Of a DNA stretch of 64,000 nucleotides, positions 12,422 through 23,307 are shown piece by piece. The DNA comes from the human T2T-CHM13v2.0 reference genome, Homo sapiens, in assembly GCF_009914755.1 (NCBI RefSeq), contig NC_060939.1. One strand, written 5' to 3'. Every line of letters begins with the position of its first letter. Position 1 is the stretch's first letter. The notes below the pieces were generated by a model. It was given only the letters and a program-made list of their open reading frames with translations. It was not told the DNA's origin and searched no databases. A program made the position numbers and the translations under genes.

Positions 12422-12676
12422 GCAGACAGGCAGTACGACATTCCCCCACAGCACCGACTGCCCAAGCAGCCCAAAGATGGCTTCCTGGTGGAGCAGGTGT
12501 TCAGCCCTCACCCCTACCCTGCCTCCCTCAAGGCCCACATGAAGAGCAACCCCCTGTACACAGACATGCGGCTGACCGAGTTGGCCGAGGTGAAGCGGGG
12601 CCAACCTTCTTGGACCGTTGAGGAGTATGCACGGAATGCGGGCGACAAGGGCAAGCTGACAGCCCTGGACCTGCAG
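12422..12676 (+). CDS. MINAR1: MINAR1 second coding exon, aa 767-851 (ADRQYDIPPQH...LTALDLQ)
   Basis: Acceptor cccctctgCAG ends at 12421. Donor CAG|GTGAGC at 12676/12677. 255 nt, phase 0/0. Start of the conserved C-terminal MINAR region. Confidence 0.96.
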
Positions 12677-14219
12677 GTGAGCCTCTCACTGTCCCTGGGG
12701 GGGAAGCCCAGCTGTGCCCTGGCAAATGCCCTGGAATGGATCACGGACGGCTTAGACCGGCCAGCCCACTTCCACACCCTTCAACTCCCTGGGCCCCCAA
12801 CATGGAATTCAGAACTTTAATAAATCATAGAGCAGAAGAGACTTTTAACAAGGGGATCGTTGTTTTGCTTATTTGTAAACATTTAGCAGTAGGAATGCTT
12901 GATTGATTTATGTATTTTTTATCGGCCATCTGATTTGCTAACAATGCATTTACGACTCTGTACCAAGTGCAGATTCTAATATTTGCTCACAAGACCTGAG
13001 CCAAACTGTTTAATGAAATACAAGCTGATTTCTCCTTCCATATGTAGCACGTGGGATAAGCATATTTGTGGGAGCCAAGCTATGGATTATGTTTCCATAC
13101 GGAGCAGCCCCAGGTAAGAGCCATCCCCGGAAGCTCTGTGAATGCAGTTGTGGCTGGAGGGCATGTTTTTTGTTCACCCACAAGCAGGGCTGGGTTTTGG
13201 CCACACTTTTATTTTGGTGGGCAGCTCTGCCTGGTTCCATTCACACTGGGTTGATCTGTGTCTCCAGATCACCACAGGAGCAAAGGAAGCACCCTGTCCC
13301 CCTACCTGTGCACTTAGCTTTGTAGGCAGTGAGGCCATAGCACCAGGAGTGCCCGTTCCGTCCAGGCTCTGGAATGACCATGCACTTGAAGCACAGTTGG
13401 TGAGAGCTGCCTGTGGAGATCGGGTATGGCAAGGCTTCCCTGAAATGGCCTTGCTCTAAAAGAGGGCTGTGGGAGGTACAGTGTGGTGGAGAGAAGAGAC
13501 TGCCTTCTGGTAGCACTGGGTTTTCATCCAGGACTCTTTCGCTGTGTGACCTGAAGCATTCACTCCATCTGATTGAGGTTCAGTCCCTCCACCTGTTAAA
13601 TGGACATAATAATATCAAGCTTGTGAGTCATTGTAAGAATTAATATATTTAAAGTACCTGGCATCAAGTAGGCACTGAAAAAGAAGGCCCTTGGGGGCTG
13701 GTCAATGATGCTGAAATCAATCAACTTTGCATGGTGCTTTTTACAGTCTCTCAGTTCCAGGCACAGTGGCCTGTGAGGCCGGAATTGCTATGACCATCTT
13801 CAGTTTACAAATGAGGAAATCGAGGCCCCAGGAAGCTCGATAATTTGCCCCAGGTCAGACAAGTCTAAATTCATACTGGACCATCTGGCAATAAGTCTCA
13901 TGGTCTTTCTCTTCTGCAATTTTCTTGCCATTTCATTTTTCTCTTGTTAAGGGTTTAGTGGAGTTTTATGTTACAAAAGAAAATGATTGCAATGACATTT
14001 CTTTATCTTGGGCCTTAAATGACAGCAATTATGGGAAGGGGCAGTTCTGTCCAGACCCTGACAGTGAGGGTTGTGGGGGCATCAGTAGCAACCCTAAGCC
14101 CTTCCTCACCCCCTTACCTCATGCATGTTACATTCCCACTTGGACTGCATACCCCTTGATCCTTCAGGTCAATCCCTCTTCTGTCAACTTCCTGCGGGCA
14201 AGGAGGCTAGACAGGGATT

Positions 14220-14273
14220 TGATTCTCCCTCCGGTGGAATATTTCATGATTCTCCCTCCGGTGGAATATTTCA
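14220..14273. repeat. Perfect 27-bp tandem duplication
   Basis: TGATTCTCCCTCCGGTGGAATATTTCA twice. Confidence 0.95.
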
Positions 14274-15655
14274 TCAGTATCACTGGATGACCTTGAAAGA
14301 GTTAGATTAATTAAGTGAGCCATAGGCTGAGAAACATCTTTGCAAAGTTTGCAGGGAGGGAGCTGGAAGATTTACCCCCTACAGATATGTGAGCTTTTAC
14401 TGCACCAGTGTTTATAAGCATAAAGATAAAATTATAAAAATTAAAAATAGATATTGGGGTTACAGAGCTTTAGGTGACATTACTTAAAAATCCAAAGGAG
14501 AGAGTATCCAGTTGCATAAAATATGAGGAAGTAGAGAGTTCAATAGCCGTGTGAGGGTGTTTACAGCAAAAAAGAGCCAACCTTGAGAGCTTGGTGAAGG
14601 CAGTAAGCACAACCTTTTTTCTTTTCATCTCTTTGCAGACTCGAGTACAGTCTTAGGGCAGTGTTGGTGTCTGGACAATCTTCCCGGAGTTCCTTTGTGT
14701 TGAGATATACATTCACCATCAGTGGTGCCCACTTGAGGGCGTAGGCAAAGGTGCAGACCCCGTTCTTCTTTCCAGTGTTTGCCAGGGCTAATAACTGCAT
14801 ACACTCACCTGTGTCCCTTGAAACCTCAGTATTACCTCTTTTCTACTTGGTGCGATTACAGCTTACAGTTATTGAAAAAACTAATTAAAAATAGTTTATT
14901 TCACACACTGAATCCCAGCCCGTAATAGTGTATATAGCTATGAAAGAAAGCCAATTTCCTTCTGTCTGAGCCGGAGGGAATAAAGTACAAAATCTGATGT
15001 GTCATTTAGACACTGTTTGGCTTCTGGGCCAGCCCTAGGATGACTGAGAAGAAGAGCAGGTTGTTCTACCCATAGTGTGCTGAGCCTGACTTCCAGGTGC
15101 CAGGGTAGGGAGGGCTGCTGGTCTGACCCCCACCAGCACCCAGCCTTTAGGGGTGCCTCAGCCACTTCTGCAGACCAGTCTTCCAGCAAAATATGCCCTT
15201 TAGTGCCTATTAAACTGCTGAAGGGTGTTCATGTTTTCATGCCAAGGAGAGCAGACTGGCCCCAAGGGCCTGTGGCAAGCAGAGCTTTGGTGGCTCAAGC
15301 AGGAGGAAGAGGCGGTCCAACAGTCAGGGTTCAGCAGCAGTGGAACTGCTCTGGGAAGCTCAGGGAAGAGGCTTCTGGGGCTCTAGCAGAGGATGCAGGA
15401 GTTTCTTGCAAAGGCTGAAGGGTTGGACAGAGCACTCTGCACAATAGGGACTTTTCCCCACATTGAGAGTGTCTTGGTTTCTATTTTGGGTGCCCTGAGT
15501 GTCCAGGACCACCTCCCACCCTTCCATGTAACTTGAGAAATTAAACAGCAGTCTCTAAACATTATGCCTCGGCGAGGGAAGGGACCAGGAAGATTTTCTG
15601 TGATGCCTAGATCCCCTTCTCTTTCCATTGTAGTGTCGCATAGCATGTTCTAGAA

Positions 15656-15995
15656 CGGGGGCTGGCAAACTTTCTCTGTAAAGGACCAGATAGTAAATCC
15701 TTTAGGCCTTGTGGGCCTTATAATCTCCCATTGTACAATCTGCCATTGTAGTGTGAAAGCAGCTATAGACAATTTGGAAACAAATAGGAGTGGCTGTGTT
15801 CCCATAAATCTTTATTTTTGGACACTGAGATTTGCATTTCATATAATTTTCATATGTCATAAAATATTCTTTTGATTTTTTTTCAACCATTTAAAAATGG
15901 AAAAAAATCACTAAAAATCACTCGTAGTTCAAGGGTTGTACAAAGACAGGTGGCAGGTCAGATACGGCCTGCAGGCCATAGTGTGTCTACCCCTG
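15656..15995 (+). mobile_element. MER58(B)-like hAT-Charlie DNA transposon
   Basis: Termini CGGGGGCTGGCAAACT and AGTGTGTCTACCCCTG. Imperfect 8-bp TSD TTCTAGAA/TGCTAGAC. Confidence 0.8.
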
Positions 15996-17535
15996 TGCTA
16001 GACAACTATGAGCAACAGGTAGATAATAAAGCCTGAGGGGTGCAGGGCCTGCGGGTTGTCAGTGTCCTGGCAGCAGGCAGGTGGCATTCTCAAAGGGGTA
16101 GCTAAGGAGGGGACTCTTTACAATAGCTGGTGAAGCACCCAGAGACCAGCACCAGTAGGAAGCTGTTGCCACCCTTGGATCTGAAGGGCCAAGGGAAAGG
16201 GGCTGTTTCTGAAACCCACTGAGACCCACAGCTCTGAGAGCAGGTGTCCAATAGGAGCTGGGCCACTGCCAAACTACAGCCCAGCCAGGAGGGAGCTGGG
16301 GGAATAAATACCTCAATCTCTCTTTCTTCTTGTCTTCATTGGCTGAACCCCCATGGGAGCTTGAGGGCAGGGGAGCCCCCATGACGTGTCCATGTACGTT
16401 ATATTCCTAGGGGCACAGAGCAAGATGAAAAAAGAGAATGAATCTAGAAGGTCAGGCAGAGAATTACTAGCATGCATTAGAATCATCACTGTTCCATCAA
16501 TAAATGGTACAACTGAGTTTTTTAAAACTTTGAAAGGTTTGTTTTTTGAGCCTGTGTTTGTATATGTGTATGAATAATTTTTAATGTGCCCATGTTTATG
16601 AGCATTAAACAATCTAAGAAAATCTTAAAAATGGATATTTTGTTTGCATTTCAAAGACTTAAATGACCTCACTTCGAATTGCAATGTGCTGTTGCTTTTA
16701 TGTGACACTCATATTATTAAATGCTTGCCATAAAATGAGAACACTGCCTTTCTTCATGGAAATAGATTATAACTGTCAACGTGGAATAGGATTCACGGAA
16801 AATACAAGTTAAATATGGTATTTCTCCTGATGACAGTTGATTAACCTCAGGGAGATCAGCAGACAAATGTCAGTGGGGGCTCTCTCTTTGGGGAAGCTGC
16901 ACCGAGTCTGAAACTATTGCCAAGGCAGGTCTAGGGTGGGAACAGTCTGCCATGGGGTTGGTAGACCTTGACTTTGAGCAGTGGCATGACCTGCTCAGAT
17001 AAATGGCTGAATTTGAAATAGTCTATGTTTTGTTTAAACTGCTCATCTTGGAGGTTCCTTTGATTTTTCAGTAGAAGCTTTTCTGAGAAAGAAGAACTGA
17101 CTCAGAGTGCTATGATGGTCTTGTTTCAAGCAGATCTGTTCTTAGAGCCTGTTGGAAGAAAGCATTTTTCAGTGACTTTCCTTGTTTCCTTTGCAGTGAG
17201 GCCAGCCCCTCCTTGGTTGCATGCCCTTGAAGTTTGGAGTCTTGCTCGTCTCAGCCCCATTTTGCTTGCTTACAGATAAAAGACCCTTGGGTTTCTCTGT
17301 GTCAAAACCAACATGATATTTTTAGTGAGGGAGGGGCCTATGCAATCTGTGATATGTGGGATGAGCCTGTAGTAGCCTGCCTCAGGCATGGGGCTGGTGG
17401 GGCAGTGTTATGCAATACAGTCTCTAACTCCCAGCTGCAGACAACTTAAGTGCTTCAGGAGTGATGACTGTCGGGACGTCTTTGACCTGATTTCAAGTAT
17501 TCACTGTATTTCTAACATCTTCTCTTCGCTTTTAG

Positions 17536-17733
17536 ACGCAAGAATCTTTAAACCCAAATAATTTAGAGTACTGGATGGAAGACATTTATACTCCAGGATA
17601 CGATTCATTACTAAAACGTAAAGAAGCCGAATTCAGACGAGCCAAGGTCTGCAAGATAGCTGCTCTGATCGCTGCTGCGGCATGCACCGTCATCCTCGTT
17701 ATTGTCGTGCCCATCTGCACAATGAAATCATGA
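17536..17733 (+). CDS. MINAR1: MINAR1 last coding exon, aa 852-916 (TQESLNPNNLEYWMEDIYTPGYDSLLKRKEAEFRRAKVCKIAALIAAAACTVILVIVVPICTMKS*)
   Basis: Branch CTAAC at 17512-17516, pyrimidine tract, TAG acceptor ending 17535. Hand translation gives 65 aa then TGA at 17731-17733. Hydrophobic helix at about 17656-17715. Absent from the ORF track because it lacks its own start codon. Confidence 0.96.
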   Translation, partial: TQESLNPNNLEYWMEDIYTPGYDSLLKRKEAEFRRAKVCKIAALIAAAACTVILVIVVPICTMKS

Positions 17734-18878
17734 GCTAAGAATGCAACCTTACGTACAGCTTATGACTACCAATGTCGTCGTCTGTATCTTAGAATCTTGC
17801 AGCAGTGAGGCAACAATTTGTTGAAATGGAGATGAAATCATGGAGGCATTTCTACAAATGTTGAATGAAGGTGGTTTTCAGAAAGTATACATTCTAGTGA
17901 GAAATCTACCTACCTATTAGCTTTGACTCAATTACACTCTGACGCATTTTTAGAAGTGCAATATCTTTTCCTACCAAAAGAACATCATGGACTATCAATA
18001 AATACAAATTGAATATTCCAAGCCAAAAAAGGAAGATTAATTGGGTTCTTTCCATTTTGATGATGTTTCATGGTGGGGAATAAGTTATACAGAAGATATT
18101 TAATACACGCCTCTTTAGAAGAAACTAAGGGAAATAGCAACATAAGAAGAAAAGAGGTGGCTTCTCTTTTCCATAATGTTCTTAGACCATTGCTGGTGAA
18201 GTAACAGGGTGTGTGTCCCTAAAGGGTATTACTTCTCTGTCGACTTTTATCAAGGGCTACTGACGTTTCATTCTTGCCCTTTTGTCATCAACACGACAGA
18301 GTGTCTGCATCACTGCAGATCTTCATGGAAACATTCTGGACCTTCTTCCTTGCACTTGGAGTGAGAAGGAGCTGGACTACCAAGTCAGGCGTGGAATGAA
18401 GTATGCTCAGACTGCATGATGGGCCAAGGTATTCAGGCCAGGAGACCTCGTCCTCAATCCAAAGTGTAGGGGAGCTGCCTGCTAACGATGTAAGGTCAGT
18501 ATTTGAAAATCATGGCCACTCCAAAGGATCTCCTGTTCTTGCTTTGGTGTGTGGCTCCATTCCTTGATTTTCTATCTCCTGGTGGTACCAGATGCTCTGC
18601 CTCTCATACATGAGTTGAAGAGTTTGGAACTTGTCCTTGTGCCTTGAAGAGTAGAGACAATGGCTAAACGTTGACATTCTATCTGTAAACCATGGTTTTC
18701 ACGCACCACTAATATCTGCCATTTTCAATGGCTTTAAAAAGATTTTGAAAGCTTGCTCAATAATGTTCAATAATATAATAATAATAAAGGCACTGAGGTC
18801 TTCTCAGTTACCCCAACACCTACTCCAGAGTTTTGAATACTTGTCAGCAGTGCAAAAAATATTATCTGTTTAACCACT

Positions 18879-18924
18879 TATCTATATGTCTATCTATCTA
18901 TCTATATGTCTATCTATCTATCTA
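18879..18924. repeat. (TATC)n microsatellite in the 3' UTR
   Basis: tatctatatgtctatctatc unit repeated. Confidence 0.85.
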
Positions 18925-20689
18925 AATACTTGATTTTTATTTATTGTCTTCTCTGTTAAATAACTTGAGAGCAAGGTTTCTTTCGTGTAAAAGAAGCTGT
19001 TGTAATTTCATCCAAATTTGATCTGTTTCCACCTGCTGAATGGTGCTCTGACAATAATGGAACAGAAAGAATCCTTATCAGCATCTGATTCCAATGTCTT
19101 GTTACAGGTCAAAGAAAAAAGGATTGACAGAAACTAGCTACCTTATATATATTTTTTGATAATAAGGTGGGATATAAATAGATTTTGGTAGCAAGTGTAA
19201 TCACTCCGTATGATATAATAAATTTCTAAAAGATTTGAGAGCATCTCAATTTTTAAAGCAATAGGAGTCTAGCATCCATTCTGAAAAATCGCAAATAATG
19301 CTTAGCTTGCTGTGTCTGATTCTGTTGTTCACCATTAAGGGGTAGACAGTTAATTTTATTATGTTAACAAGTGAGGGATGAATGTTTTCATCTGTGGTGA
19401 ACCTTTATTTTTAGAAGTCTTCATGTTATCTATTTGTATTATCATGTTTATGTATGGATTTTCAATTTCAGTAACCGAAAACTTAAGCCTTAGTATGAAA
19501 AACTGAGGATTTATAATTGAAAATGAAAAAAATATGTTACTCTCTATCATCAGAATTATAGTCTTTGGTGCTCTGTTTTCAATGGGGCATATTACATAAG
19601 GTTGTTTCTTTCACCCCAAAGAGACTACTAGGTTACCACTCTGGGCATTGCCTTTCCACCTAACCCCTCAACCAGTAAGACTCTACACCATATTGTAGCC
19701 CCACTATTCTCCTCTTTATCACAGATGAAGTGCCAGAGCATCAGAGATAGGTAGCTCCCAACCTCTTGCTCTGGATTTGCAGAAGAGGGGGAGATGTACT
19801 TACCCAGGATAAGAAAAATCTAGTCAAATCCACCCCAAATCTTCCATTTAACAGGTAGGACCATCGAGGCTGGACCAAACCACTTTTTCCACTGCCCTTG
19901 GTGAATCTATTCCTAGTGGACCCCATTTGGGCATGTGCCTAGCTACCTTGGGAAGGCATGACTATAAGTCACACCTCAGGCTTGGAAATGAAAGGATTCT
20001 ATAGAATATTCTATACTTTCCATAGCTGGAGAGGTAGTCAGAAATTCAGTCTTGCTCTGAGTCCACAGTAGCTTTAAAATTCAACTCAACATTGTTGTCA
20101 CGTAACGGAAACATCTAGACCTGGTAATAATCCAGGAAATTGCAAAATGGAGGCCAAAAGTAAGGTGGGTTTCTCTGGAAAGGGGTCATCCTCAGTCTGA
20201 TAATACCAAGTCTGACGCTGAGGTTATGAATCATTACCATGGCTTGGAGCTATTGGATGCTTGGGGTCTTGGGATAGATAGAAGGTGAGGTTCACAGTTG
20301 GAGCTTTTCTTGCCATTGACCCCAAGCTCACCCCAGCCTTCCTTCCCTGACCCTGAGACTCACCCTATCTATCTCCCCTATTCCCTCAGTTTGCAGAATG
20401 AGCAAGATAGAGTCTGGCTAGGAGGGAAACATCTATCCATCTCTCTAATCTTTGCCCATCACCTCCTGTTGCAATGAGTTCCCGCAGGTGACATACGGAC
20501 TGGCCTCTCTACTGTACTGGGTGCCATCTCCCACCATACTCTGGCATTTTTATATAAAGGATAATTTCTTGTACCTGAGTCTAAAATTACAACGTTATCA
20601 AAATTCACTTCGTTTTTCCTGCATTTTAAAAGTAATAAAATATTATTTGAGATTATTTTGAAATTAAATATCCTTAACCAATGATTAAA

Positions 20690-20731
20690 TTCATAATCAT
20701 TTCATCTTCTTTCATAATCATTTCATCTTCT
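20690..20731. repeat. Perfect 21-bp tandem duplication in the 3' UTR
   Basis: TTCATAATCATTTCATCTTCT twice. Confidence 0.9.
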
Positions 20732-21630
20732 AATCTGAATTTGTTTTGAACACAGCCTTGCAGAAAAGCAAAAAATATTTCCCCGCTCAAATTTTGCCGA
20801 CATTTTATACCAGTATCCCCTTCATTACAGTAAACTAAATCATAACTTACATCATCCATTACTAGCTGATCATAAATTGTTAGTATTTTAAGGTATGCAA
20901 CTATGTGATTGACATCTGTAAGGCTAGTTTAATAGACGTGCTAAATATCACTGTTCTGAATATCTGTGCCATAGTTCTGATACCCTTATTGGAATCAAGG
21001 CAGTGCTGTTTCTGTTTACAAGTTATCAAGATAAGAGCAGTGGCATCACATTTGTTGTTGTTTTTTTTTTTTTTGAAATAGAAAAAAACAGAAGAAGCTC
21101 TGCCAACAATAAAAGATTTTGTTAAGTGGTATAAAAATTTGTGAATGTTGAAATTCAACATGCTTCATATTATAACCAACCTGCAAGAATATTGTGGTCA
21201 ATTGTGTGAATACCAAATCAGTATATACTGTATACTGTACTATGAAAATTTGTATTTAAAGGCAAAGATACAAGTAATTGTTGGTATAATTGGGGAAAAG
21301 GGTATTCAATATTTATTAAGTAACAATGAGAAATGCAACAAACTTCCTTATTTATGCCTTATGAATAAAAGAGTGTGGAATGTAAGGTGAAATTTTATGT
21401 GCAAGATCCTGAAGGAATGGGTATTCTTGAAGGCAGGGACTGTCTTTTCTATGTTTGTTCTGTACAGCTCTCAGCACACTCTTGGTGCTTGATAAATGTT
21501 ATGTTATATAATACCAATAACTAAGCACATTTTTAGATCTTTTTTCAAATGGCTTGTGTAAAATTTGGTTAATGTACAATGGTTGGTTTGAAGCTATCAT
21601 GTAAAATTGGCCTCTCCAAATATAATCAGA

Positions 21631-21680
21631 AATAAACCGAAAAAAATATAAAATGTCTTGCAGTGAGAGTTGATTTTATG
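21631..21680 (+). terminator. Likely distal polyadenylation site of MINAR1
   Basis: AATAAA at 21631-21636. Upstream TGTA (CFIm) motifs near 21557, 21573 and 21600. CA at 21661-21662 followed by G/U-rich GTGAGAGTTGATTTT. Confidence 0.65.
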
Positions 21681-22093
21681 CATAAATTATAAGTGTTCAG
21701 TTTTATGCAAGGATCATGTGTCCAGCTTGATGACTTCTCACAAATTGAACAATTTCACAAATTGAACATGTAATCAGCACTTAGAGCAAAAATGTCTCAG
21801 AACATTTAAACATCCCAGAAGCCTCCCTCGTGCCCCTTCCAGTTAAAACGCTGAAAAGACAAACCACCATCCTGACTTCTGAGGCCCCAGATTAGTTGTG
21901 CCTGTTTTTGAGCTTTATGTAAGAGTAATTGTGCAGTATCTACTCTTTTGTGTCTGTCTGCACTCTTTCAGCAGGATGTTTGTGAGAGATGTTCATGTTA
22001 TGTGTGGTTGCAGTTTTCTCATTCTTATTTCACTAACTCATTGTGAATGTACCACAGTTTATTTTTCCATTCTACCATTGAATGGACAGGTAG

Positions 22094-22426
<333 letters not shown>

Positions 22427-22974
22427 TCTTGTATATGTCTTTTAGGGAACATATGCATGCATTTCTGTAATGTGTATCCCTAGGAGTAAAACTGCTGGGT
22501 CATGAGATATGCCTACACACTGCTTTAGTAGATACTGCCAGCAACTTTTTAAATATGGTGCTACCAATATACACGCTCAACAGAAGCATTTATGGGGGTT
22601 CCAGCTTCTTTACATCCTACTCAATAATTGGCATCATCTGTCTTTCATTTTAGCCATTCCACTCACTGTGTGTATGGTATTATCTCATTGTGTTTTTGAT
22701 TTGTATTTCCCTGATGACTAGTGAGATTTGCTGTCTTTTAGTATGTTTATTGGCCATTTGGATATTCTATTTTGTGAAGTACTTGTTTATGTTTTTGCGC
22801 AGTTTCCTATTGGATTTGTGTCTTTTTCTTACTGATTTGTGGACATTCTTTATTTATTATGGAAATGTGTTCTCTGTTAGATAAACATTGGAAATACTAC
22901 TTTCCATTCTGTGAGCTGTAGTTTTTGCTTTCTTGATGTTGGTGTCTTTTTGATGAATGAAAGTTATTTATTTA

Positions 22975-23307
<333 letters not shown>

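Larger units (their letters stand above)
17734..21662 (+). other. MINAR1: MINAR1 3' UTR (about 3.9 kb); 3' end approximate
   Basis: AT-rich, nearly free of interspersed repeats, until old L1 sequence begins near 21680. AATAAA at 17997, 18783, 19217, 21108, 21364 and 21631. Confidence 0.75.

Noticed and set aside
12329-12820. 163-aa ORF as an independent gene
   Set aside because: Its core is the MINAR1 second coding exon with intronic flanks.
14803-14811. Perfect minus-strand donor CAG|GTGAGT suggesting an antisense exon
   Set aside because: A single 9-mer with no supporting acceptor; compatible with chance.
17716-17733. CaaX prenylation motif at the MINAR1 C-terminus
   Set aside because: The protein ends CTMKS, so the cysteine is at -5, not -4.
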